A stretch of 64,000 bases of DNA, from NCBI GenBank assembly GCA_963765895.1, contig CAVXZB010000024.1:192001-256000 (forward strand). Direction: 5' to 3'. Shown one piece after another: positions 32,891 through 42,442 of this stretch (positions are counted from its first letter, which is position 1; each line of letters starts with the position of its first letter). The notes below the pieces were generated by a model. The model did no database searches and was not told the origin of the DNA. It saw nothing but the letters and a program-made list of their open reading frames with translations. The translations under genes were made by a program, and so were the position numbers. This DNA comes from an uncultured Nitrososphaeraceae archaeon. Its GTDB lineage: Archaea; Thermoproteota; Nitrososphaeria; Nitrososphaerales; Nitrososphaeraceae.

Positions 32891-33778
32891 CTAGCCTGAA
32901 GTGATATTTTTTAGTATGCTCTCCACTTCAAGCAGATTTTCATCGTGTATCTCCACTATAATTTTGTGTAGTTGTTTTAGAACATTATCTGCGCCTCTTA
33001 ATGCTATAACCTCTGCTCCTTCAATGTCCATCTTCATCACATTACAATCATAACCATGCAAAATATTATCGAGAGTGTCGCAGCCTACCGGGTTTGAGGG
33101 AATATCATCACTTGATCTCGCAGTAATGCTGAATTGTCCCGTATAAACATGGCCACGTTGTCCATCTGACAAATGTTCGTAGATATAACTAACACCTCTG
33201 TGATCTGATACCGCCTTGTTTACAGTTCTTATATTTGTAAACCCGTCAAGGTCAACATTCCTGCAAAGTGCTGTAAAGGTTTCAGGATGTGCCTCTATTG
33301 CAAAAATTAGCACTCCCTTACTTTTGTATTGTTTTGCAATTTGAAGGAAGTACGAGCCTACATTCGCTCCTACGTCAACAAATACATCATTTTCATTCAA
33401 AGCGAGATGTTTTTTAAGGTCCTTTTCTCTTTCTATGAAGAGAACATAAAAATCATCTGTATGTTTTCTAGGTATTACCCTTATATTATTTAGTTTACAG
33501 ATTTTTTCTGCAAATAGCCATTCAGGTAGGAAATTTACATAGGAAATATTATTATTTTTCAGGAATTTGTCCCTAAGGGACTTTCCCATCTTGATTCGTA
33601 AAAATAATCTATATAATATATAATAATGCTTTGCATAGTGGACAATAAACTTCGGGTTGAGTTTATTTCCTGCTAAGAATGCAGAATCATTCGCTACGGC
33701 TACGGCTTTGTATAGATTCGTGGGACTTCTCCCAACATCTACTTCACTAGTAGGCGTATGTAAGTAGAAATACCTCAT
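32891..33778 (-). CDS. FkbM-family methyltransferase
   Basis: FVDVGANVGSY, AIEAHP, NKAVSD, TLD, MKMDIEGAE, IVEIH; both termini uncertain. Confidence 0.85.
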   Translation of the reverse strand: MRYFYLHTPTSEVDVGRSPTNLYKAVAVANDSAFLAGNKLNPKFIVHYAKHYYILYRLFLRIKMGKSLRDKFLKNNNISYVNFLPEWLFAEKICKLNNIRVIPRKHTDDFYVLFIEREKDLKKHLALNENDVFVDVGANVGSYFLQIAKQYKSKGVLIFAIEAHPETFTALCRNVDLDGFTNIRTVNKAVSDHRGVSYIYEHLSDGQRGHVYTGQFSITARSSDDIPSNPVGCDTLDNILHGYDCNVMKMDIEGAEVIALRGADNVLKQLHKIIVEIHDENLLEVESILKNITSG

Positions 33779-35078
33779 ATTAGGATCAGCAGTCAGAACG
33801 GCCTACCTCTTGAAAGATAATGGTTTCTCATCACAGAGATCAATTATGGAATCCCACAAGTTATCAATTTATCATTTACTAATAATAGGTTGCAATATTT
33901 TTATATTGATAACTTACTCTGATTTGCTCAGAGAAATCTATCTAGCGGTAAGATGATAAGTGGTCTATAAGGCATATTCAAATACTTCAATCGTCTACCT
34001 GGGCCAAGAAGATGTATTTGATAGTCATATGAAGTATTTACAGGCAGTTGTTATTAGAATAGTAAAGCCTATTAATATTGTATGGCCGCCATCCAAATAT
34101 GGCTGAATGCGGGACTGGAAATAATGTCGTATAACGTGTGATGATGGAAGTCTCCATGATTTGATCTCTTCGGTTAAGATATTGACGTTGTCCTTTTCTT
34201 CTTTTTATTCATTTTGAGACACTTTCACTATCAACTTGATGCGTTTACCCCCTTTTTGTGGGCGCGCCAAACATCATACGGAAGTCGAATTAAAACCAGA
34301 AGACTTCAGCAAAGACATGTCTCTCAATCCTATGCTGACTCATGATCTTACCATCAAGACAATTACACATCATACAGATACTGTTAGTGTAATCGTGCCT
34401 GCTCTCTAAATCCAGTAGCCGTTGACCTAAGGGGCCTAGTACGACTATCTAATGCTTTAACTCGGGTAGAGGAGCGATTGCTACGATATATAGAATGCGC
34501 GCCTCAGCCGCTGTCACTGTCATCGTCAGCCGAGTCAAGTCTTATTCCTAACATCCATGTAGTAAAGCAAAGTCTTACATCCAATAGATAGATATGACAA
34601 CTTACCAGCAGCAGAAGAAAGAAAAAATAATTAGAAAAGCGGTCGAGGATAAAGACAATAGTAACTGTAAGAGGTAATGACGGTAATCCTATTGTATTTG
34701 ATAATGAGAAGAAATTCACACAATATCCAAAGCCGCTAATGAAAAAGCAACAAGCGAACTAGGTAGGGTAGGTAGGTAAGTAGATATGTCATTCACAACT
34801 GAAGAAATGAAGTTACTAACAAATATTTATACATAAACTAGTAATGATATACGATAAAATATATCGAACCACAAACACAGACACAGACTTCACGTTAGAA
34901 GAAAAAGCGAATATAAAGAAACTTAGAGATAGATTATCGCAATAATAACTAAATATGGTGTTTGAGGGTGCACCATCCTCAAACACCATCGTTCTGTCTG
35001 TCTTACCATCGGATTCTTTATAGGACATTGGTTATAGGTCGATAACATATTAAAATCTTATAATTAATTAATTAATTA

Positions 35079-35424
35079 AAGTGGCGTCGGGGACAAACCC
35101 CTGCGCCCCCAAACGCCACTTATTCGTCCTGTCCTGTCTTTAGTCACCAGTCTATGTATGGCATAATCTATGAAGCAAACATCTATTAAAATTTTAAGCT
35201 TAAATCTAACCTATGGTGGTTAGCGAATGTCTCGGGTGAGTCGAACCACCAGACCATTAAAAGTCCACTAAAATTCCTGTTTGTTGATATCCTCTTCTAT
35301 AACGACCTTATGAGAGGCCTGAGAATCGGGCAAGCCATACCAAGAGCATTATATTGATAAACTTGAATGTTGGCAACGGGGAACCGAAAATTATGCCATT
35401 AGAAAGTTTCGTGGTGGGTTCCCC
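35079..35424 (+). ncRNA. Three GC-rich stem-loops (35079-35121, 35214-35251, 35378-35424), candidate small RNAs
   Basis: Terminal stems AAGTGGCGT/ACGCCACTT, TGGTGGTT/AACCACCA, GGGGAACC/GGTTCCCC; each starts 30-31 nt after a TATA-like box. Confidence 0.45.
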
Positions 35425-35469
35425 ATCTGAAAATGGTCCAATTCACGCTCAATTTGAGCACAAACGGTG

Positions 35470-35686
35470 ATGATCCAACTATGCTTTACGTAGCGCTACC
35501 AGACCATAAATTAGTCCAGAGCCCATGTTATTCTATTATAACAATGAAGGCAGATACTATTACTGTAGGTTGCATCCTGAAATAAAGAACACAAATCTGG
35601 AATCCATAAAGGACTACATAAAGTACAAAGATCCAGCAACACATAAATCAGAGCTATTAAAATTGTCCAAACTTACTCATAACTAG
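35470..35686 (+). pseudogene. Small Cys/His (Zn-finger-like) protein remnant, copy 2
   Basis: SPCYSII...YYCRLHPEIKNTNLESIKDYIKYKDPATHKSELLKL; one frameshift. Confidence 0.6.
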
Positions 35687-35755
35687 TTTAGCCTATCAAT
35701 AGGATAAAACTATCAGGACTTGTGTACTTAGCAGAATTGCCTATTCTATAGACTT

Positions 35756-36012
35756 ATATCTATAGATAGTAGCAATTAGTCAATTCGAATCAAAATACTT
35801 AGTTCTGTTAATACTCAATACGTTTAACACATCGGACAACGTCGGATTTTTAAACATCCGGCATAATTATTCGGAAAAAGCGTTAAATAGGATATGCGGC
35901 AGGCCAGATTATAAATATTATCAAAAATGTGCGTCCTATGTGTAGACTGACGTCCCAGGATGGTGATAAAATTTATGTATGCTGTATTATCACGAGGCAC
36001 TCAAAACATCAT
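35756..36012 (+). repeat. Island non-coding repeat, copy F (most complete)
   Basis: ATATCTATAGATAGTAGCAATTAGT; hairpin GTCGGAT/ATCCGGC at 35841-35862; ATTATAAATATT; ATAAAATTTATGTATGCTGT. Confidence 0.8.
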
Positions 36013-36083
36013 GTAAAACTGGAGATTAATTAGGGACGGAAATTTGAGAAATATCATAGTCACTTGCAATTTGCTCCTTTCTA

Positions 36084-37753
36084 TCAATACCAGGCTGAAG
36101 TCTGTAATTGTGTAAGTGCTGCACAACAAGTAAAGTGATCTTTACCTGGACCGCCAGTAAGAATATCATTACCATTGCCTCCAGATATTTGGTCGTTGCC
36201 GGAACCGCCTTGTATCACATCATTTCCTGCACCCCCATTCAGAATATCATTTCCTTGACTCCCTGCAATGCGATCGTCTCCGTTACCACCATCAATAATA
36301 TCCGCTCCATTGCATCCATTTATTCCGTCATTTCCACCTCGGCCATTAATGATATCAACACCTGAACTTCCTATTAGCGTGTCATCTCCATTTGTACCCG
36401 TTATAATCCTGCCAGTTCTGCTGTTACTAACACATGAACTATCTGGGGGCGGGGTAGGGGTAGTTACTTGCCAAGTAAATGATACAGAAGGTCCTTGAAG
36501 TGCTGTACTATCAGTAGCCCTAAAGTGAGATGTATGCTGTCCAACACCTAAATTACCGTCAGTAACAGGACTGGAACAGCTTGAAAATGGAAAGTTATCT
36601 AGGCTGCATTGTAGTGTTATAGGCGGTGTACCTCCAGAAGTAGTTACTTGAAATGTTATTTTGTTAGATGTGGTCGAGCCTCCGTTTAACACTGGGTTAT
36701 TATTTCCATCGATAGCGGAAGATAAAGTGCTTGGAGGAGTCTGAGGTGTAGTAGAGATTACGGAGACAGTATTTCCGGGAGCATCATTTGAATTATAATT
36801 GGTCACATTAACATTATGATGTACTGGATCATATACTGGTGTGACTGGCCCCTGCCCTACGGTAACATTTCCTATTACCTGATTGTTTGTGCCGTTAATT
36901 AATGAAATATGGTTCGCACCTTGGATGCCCACATAGATAACACCTGTATCTTGATTAAATCCAACACCTGTCGGATCAGGACCTACATTTACTGTAATAA
37001 TTACACTATTTGTAGAACTGTCTATAACAGAGACAAACTGGGTATCATGATTTGCCGCATATATATTACCATTGACCGAGTCATATGTAAGAAATACAGG
37101 GTTTGGTACATCAGATACAATATCTATCACAGTTCTAGATGCTCCATCTATTACCGAGATGGGTCCTGGTCCTGTATTAGGAATGTATGTAAGCCCATTG
37201 CCGGGGTTAAAGACTCCTTGTAGTGGTTGTCCTCCAACCGTTATAGTATCAATTACTGCTCTGGTTGCTCCATCTATTACTGAAACAGTTCCACTTCCGG
37301 CATTAGCTGCATATATGTAGTCATTAACAGGATCATAAATCACGCCGTCTACTATTGAGCCACTGCTTTGTATCGTGTCAATCACATTATTAGTTGGAGC
37401 ATCTATTACGGATAGTGTGTTTGAATATACATTAGCTGTATAGATGTAATTGCGCTTTGTATCCACAGCAAGTTCACGTGGAGTATAATTATTTGGTAGG
37501 TGAATAGTTGTAAGTACACTTTTTTAGAAGCTGTATCAATTACTGATACAGTGCTTGAAGCAATATCTGCAGTGTACACATGACCTGTAATTGGATTATA
37601 AATTGCGCCATAAGGTCCTATTCCAACAGTTATTGTGGCAATTACAGAATCTGCATGCACAATAGAAGAAGATAGCGTAGGCGCAATTGCCGATATAATA
37701 GTAGCTATTACACATAAAATCATAGTAACAGTCCGCGCTTTTATAACCTTCAT
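36084..37753 (-). CDS. Secreted YVTN/YncE beta-propeller + Ig-like domain + RTX-type Ca-binding repeats, frameshifted near 37480
   Basis: Signal peptide ending VHA-D; repeated IYAAN..SGTVSVID blades; LQCSLD..FSSCSSP; GGNGDD/GGAGND nonapeptides. Confidence 0.85.
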
Positions 37754-38063
37754 GGTTAAAAGAAAACTTACGATAACATATTTAACATAAAGGTAGCACC
37801 ATTATATAAAATTCCAGATTATATATGGGTTAATCAGAATTTATGATAAGAATGTACATGATTGGAGTAACGACTAATTTTCTGATTTATCTTCATGTAC
37901 GAGATCAATGAAATACGTGTCTTGTAACTATATTGTTGGACATCGTTCCATAATGTCCTACATTGTGATACCTTCATCAGTAATTTAATATATCTTGTAC
38001 AAATTGAATTTCATTATATTATAAAGGAATATTAAATAGCGTTCTCATGAAATCTGACCAATA

Positions 38064-38300
38064 TTGCCCACATTCTTGGACGTCCACTCTATCGGGACGT
38101 TGACTGAGTATGGTCTCATAAAAGCGCAGAATGCACCCAGAGATAAACTAGGAGTAAAGACGGTAAACATTCTCTACAATTTAGAAGGCGGCGTGATTTA
38201 TTGCTTGTTAGATTCTCCAAATAAGGAGGCAGTGGAAAAACATCATAATAACATTGGCGTAAAAGGTGACTGGGTAATTGAAGTAAAAACTACTCGATAA
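38064..38300 (+). CDS. DUF4242 (SCO4226-like nickel-binding) protein
   Basis: MPTFLDVH...IYCLLDSPNKEAVEKHH..GVKGDWVIEV. Confidence 0.8.
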   Translation: MPTFLDVHSIGTLTEYGLIKAQNAPRDKLGVKTVNILYNLEGGVIYCLLDSPNKEAVEKHHNNIGVKGDWVIEVKTTR

Positions 38301-38427
38301 ACATAAATTATAGGATTACTTCGAGCCAAAGTAACACTTAATTAGTATATTCCAATGACGGGCCACGCACCAGATGCTACAGATACTATAAAAAGAGAAT
38401 AAGAAATGAGCCTATTCATTTCTCCAT

Positions 38428-38664
38428 TTAATGAAGCAGTTGCGCCGCAGTCCATCCTACACGATAACCTAATTTGTAATCGAAGCAGTATGTGTCTGAA
38501 TGATCGAAACTGCAATGGTCGTCAAAATTGTCTCCATTCATATATGCATTTCTTGCATCCCAATATCCTTGATTGTATGCATTTGAATGAGCTAATACGG
38601 AATCACCTTGCAGCAGAGCCCCTAAAGCAAGAGACATGATTAGCGCTAAGCTGGTTACTATCAA
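38428..38664 (-). CDS. Small secreted Cys/His/Tyr-rich peptide
   Basis: Signal peptide ending VLA-H; YNQGY...CSFDHSDTYCFDYKLGYRVGW. Confidence 0.65.
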   Translation of the reverse strand: MIVTSLALIMSLALGALLQGDSVLAHSNAYNQGYWDARNAYMNGDNFDDHCSFDHSDTYCFDYKLGYRVGWTAAQLLH

Positions 38665-38697
38665 TTTTTTCGTTGTCTATCCACCTCCTAGACTATT

Positions 38698-39103
38698 TTA
38701 CTTGCCGTATTCTCCGTTGTCAGAATCGCTGCTTGATGATGCCGCTTGTTCTTGAGTTTGTCGTGGAGCTATTACCACATTATTGTGACTGCCATCAACG
38801 CGTACGTTAGAGTCGCCTTGTGCCTGGCTCTGGGTTTGCTGCTGTGTTGTCGTCTCACCTGCCAATGAATTCCAACGAATACCCATTACAGAATTCATAA
38901 GTGTGCTTTTTATCATTTGGACAGCTCCTATCATGACCGTGCTTGCTGCCATCACAATTGCTATAGTCGCAGGCCGCATAGTTCTGACCGGGATCATATC
39001 CATCATTATAGCGTTTTTGATCTGATATGTGTGCAAAACCACTGGATGTCAAAGTAGCAACCATCATGATGGCAACCATTGCTGCAAATATGCCATTGTT
39101 CAT
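38698..39103 (-). CDS. Secreted Cys/His peptide paralog with Gln-rich tail, frameshifted near 38880
   Basis: Signal peptide ending GFA-H; RYNDGY...CPNDKKHTYEFCNGY; tail WNSLAGETTTQQQTQSQ in another frame. Confidence 0.6.
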
Positions 39104-39649
39104 CTATAGCTCAATCTCCTCTAAGAGAACTTTGCCTCCGTCCTTTGCCACATTATCTAACGCTGTTTCAATGCTGAGTAGCATTATTTCGCTATAGCCA
39201 TACTGTGATATGGTAAATTTTATCTTGTATTTACCAAGAGCCTGAACTGCAAACAAAGATCTCTGAGAGTCCAAGCAATATATTTTACTGTAATCACTGT
39301 ATTTCTTGTAGCCCATATGCACCCTTAGATATGGACTTGTCTTGCAAATCTGATGATTCGCAGTTGATTGGATACTCATATCGCAGCTCCCTTAATTGAG
39401 CCTTCAATCAAAGTTAGGATTGAGTATAACACTCGCCTCTGCCAATCTTTTTTGTTATGCATAATCCCCAGGAATAGGAGGACTTTTTGTAAGATTATGA
39501 CCTTGAGATGCCTGCTATATTTGGAACTAGATTTGTTATTATAGGATCTGCCTGTAAAAATGGCATAATGTAAACTCCATATTTTCTTTTTTCCTAGTTT
39601 ACAATATATTTAAAAGGAACACCCTTTATTTCTAATACGATATCCCCTA

Positions 39650-41000
39650 ATGAAGGGCCTTCTTACGAGCGCCATAGTAGTTATCGTTATTCTAATGATA
39701 CTTTGTACAGGTACTGAATTCTTTTACCCTGGTTGGAATACCTGCTAAGACGCAAAAGCAGAGGGTCACGATTACTGCAATACTTGAAGACCAAGGGGAT
39801 CCACGAAGATGGAACTCCTTATTTCAGCCAGCGCTACAAGAACTAAGAGCAAAACATCCTGATTTAGAGATATTACTAAATGCCACGAAGCTTCCATATA
39901 ATCAAGCTAGACCACACATGTTAGCTGCATTAGAGACAAAGACTCCTATTGATCTAATATCTTTGGACCAAATATGGCTTGGAGAGTTCGCTCAGAAACG
40001 ACTCTTGACTGATCTTACCAATTATACCAAGATTTGGGGAAGAGAAAAAGACTGGTACGAAATGAATTGGGATGGTGGGATTTATGGTGGAAAAGTCTAT
40101 GGAATATGGGCATGGACAGATATCAGAGGAATATGGTATTGGAAAGATCTGTTAAGTGAGGCAGGGGTCAATCCAGATTCATTAAAGACTTGGGACGGAT
40201 ATATTGCAGCTGCAAAAAAACTAAACACAGTTCTCAGACCTCAAGGAATAGAAGGTATACATCTTACTGGTGCTAGTCATTCTCCTGATTTATGGTATCC
40301 ATATCTGTGGATGCTTGGCGGTGAAATTGTGAAGATGAAGTCGGGACATCCAACAAAAGGTAGTTACTGGTTTCCTGCGTATAATAGTAGTGAAGGTGTA
40401 AGGGCTATGAATTTTATCAAGCAACAGGTCGATGCCGGGATAAAGCCGCAGAAAAATCATTATTGGGGATTAGAATTTATTGACAGAAAGTTTGCAGTAA
40501 TGATAGAGGCATTACAACATCATATAAATGAGAGATTTCCAATTACTTCGCCTGAAAAGCGAGCAGAATTTCAACAAAAAGTAGGATTCATACCAATGTT
40601 TCCTGTACCAAGTCCAACCAATGCGACCGCTAGTTTAATGGGAGGCTGGGAATTGGCTGTTCCATTGACGTCGATACATAAACAGCTTGCGTGGGATCTG
40701 CTCGCAATCATGCTAAAACCCAAAATACTTGCCCCATATTTAGGAGCACACTCTAATCTTCCTACACAGATACCTATAGGTGAGGGTCCATATTCAGGAG
40801 CAATATATAATACAACACCCTATTACGACCAATTGATCGCTTTACTTAAAGCAGGGCACAGTAGACCCAGTATACCTGAATATCCTAAGATAGCAGAAAA
40901 TATTCATCATGCACTCGACGAAGTTTACTATGGCATGAAAGAACCAAAGCAAGCTCTAGATGAAGCAGCTAATAAATCTGCAAAGGCATTAGGATGGTAG
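39650..41000 (+). CDS. Sugar-type extracellular solute-binding protein (family 1), disrupted 5' end
   Basis: N-terminal hydrophobic anchor; DLISLDQIWLGEFA, LTDLT, KVYGIW, KTWD, MGGWELAV, RPSIPEY, PKQALDEAA. Confidence 0.85.
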
Positions 41001-41149
41001 CAACAGCAGATCATCATCATCATCTACTACTGCACTTATGTCAGTACAATTTTCTGTACAAGATGTAAACTAGTCAGTTTTCTAGTTGAGAATCTGGAGA
41101 CAAAAATTCTCTATGCCACAGACTATTAAATGCTAACACTCCTCCTTAC

Positions 41150-41362
41150 TGAAAGCTGATCGTAGAATTATGCTTAAATCTACTAATCCTAAGCGTTTCA
41201 GACAGCGTCGGATTTCTCATCAGAGGACTATGATAACATCGGAAATAGTGCCTACAAGATGTGCGGCATACCAAACACCCGTAAAATGAGGTATAATTTT
41301 TATTGATTGAGATTGATAATAGATCATCATAATGTGTATATATCATGAGGCGCCAAATAATG
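41150..41362 (+). repeat. Island non-coding repeat, copy G (diverged)
   Basis: CAGACAGCGTCGGATTT..ATCGGAAA..GATGTGCGGCATACCA..GAGGCGCCAAATAAT is colinear with copies F and C. Confidence 0.6.
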
Positions 41363-41505
41363 TATTCTTTTGCACTGACAGGACTAAGCTCAGCCGTGGA
41401 TAAAATTTTTTGTTCTTATAAAATAGTTTAGTAGAACAAAAGAACATTTTATATGACTTTATCAATGTGGAAAATTGTTAAAAGAGCTTTACGTTTTATT
41501 TAGGA

Positions 41506-41571
41506 GTAGGCGCAAAAACCTTCGGCCTCTGGCTTAAATGCAGAGGCTAAGCAAGGCGTATGTGCGGTTAC
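41506..41571 (+). ncRNA. Conserved structured 5' leader/ncRNA, copy 2
   Basis: GTAG.CGCA/TGCG.TTAC, CCTT/AAGG, GCCTCTG/CAGAGGC; GGAAAA-TTGTTAAAA ~30 nt upstream. Confidence 0.6.
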
Positions 41572-41600
41572 AATTAATCACCATTCCAATGATGAAACTA

Positions 41601-41765
41601 ATGACTGATATAGAAAATGAGAAAGTCATACCACCATTAACGTTAATGACCAAAAGTGAGGTAGTAAATGATTTGCTTAAACTTCTAGATATGGTTCAAA
41701 AACATGCAGATAAGGAAGGATGTCAACATTGCATTGACCTACTAGAATCTGTTTTTGAGCACTAA
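41601..41765 (+). CDS. 54-aa CxxC protein, copy 2
   Basis: MTDIENEKVIPPLTLMTKSEVVNDLLKLLDMVQKHADKEGCQHCIDLLESVFEH; start chosen by alignment with copy 1. Confidence 0.8.
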   Translation: MTDIENEKVIPPLTLMTKSEVVNDLLKLLDMVQKHADKEGCQHCIDLLESVFEH

Positions 41766-41845
41766 AATAAGACTCGGCCGGTCGGGGTACGCTAGTTAAA
41801 TATTGGACGTAATATTCAAGGTGCTATAAGGTGCCCATAAATTGG

Positions 41846-42030
41846 TATCTATATGTAGTAGCAATTAATGGATGTAAACCAATGTCTTCAATTTAGTAAA
41901 TCACCAGTAAGCTTTAACACATCAGACAGTATTGGGTTCTTGAAACGCCCAGTATAATCATATCGGAAAAATCCCTTCTAATACAGTTTTGTGGCGCACC
42001 AAATTATAAATATTTTCTAAAAAGTGGTAT
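41846..42030 (+). repeat. Island non-coding repeat, copy H
   Basis: TATCTATATGTAGTAGCAATTAA...TTTAACACATCAGACA; hairpin TATTGGGT/GCCCAGTA at 41930-41954; ATTATAAATATT. Confidence 0.75.
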
Positions 42031-42094
42031 CATGTGAATAGACCAGCTTGGTTGAATACACATAGATATTGATTAGATGACACTGCCCAAACAT

Positions 42095-42335
42095 CTAAGT
42101 CATGGGCGGCGCACCAGCAACCTGTCTTCTCCCTATCTCCTGCAATCTAGCCGATAGTGACACAAGTTGATCTGATAATTGGGCTATGACATCATCCTTT
42201 ACTTTATCGCGCTGTCCTAGTGACTGATTTAGATCTTCTAATTCTTCTGCCTTAGTTTGTATATCGGCGCCTTGTCTTTCTAACTAATGGATATTTAGGA
42301 AGATTGAATAAGGCTCGATTTTGCTGAATTTTTGC
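42095..42335 (-). pseudogene. Probable C-terminal remnant of a tyrosine integrase
   Basis: KFSKIEPYSIFLNIH*LERQGADIQTKAEELEDLNQSL...LSDQL resembles coiled-coil tails of Nitrososphaerales integrases (recalled, not searched). Confidence 0.5.
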
Positions 42336-42368
42336 CTAATCTAATCTGATAAGCAAGTATTCATAGCA

Positions 42369-42389
42369 AACTAACCAAACAGTTAGTTG
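42369..42389 (+). repeat. Putative attR core
   Basis: Identical to 18082-18102; context AGCAAACTAAC-CAAACA-GTTAGTTGGTA. Confidence 0.7.
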
Positions 42390-42442
42390 GTAGTTTGTTA
42401 CTTACTATACCATTTATATGTAATTACTTTATTACATTAGAT

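Larger units (their letters stand above)
18082..42389. mobile_element. Integrated plasmid/satellite-like element, ~24.3 kb
   Basis: Identical 21-bp direct repeat AACTAACCAAACAGTTAGTTG at both ends; integrase 50 bp inside the left copy; primase-helicase module; no capsid or conjugation genes recognised. Confidence 0.72.

Noticed and set aside
35780-35870. Small protein (FKNPTLSDVL, minus strand) as the explanation for the island repeat
   Set aside because: Start codons, frame and length are not conserved among copies, whereas base pairing is. Not fully excluded.
41506-41575. H/ACA guide RNA interpretation of the leader hairpin
   Set aside because: ACA follows only copy 2, and no K-turn/K-loop motif is evident.
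42095-42389. SSV1-type split integrase (intN/intC) at attR
   Set aside because: The left integrase is complete, and the stub is on the opposite strand with a different tail sequence.
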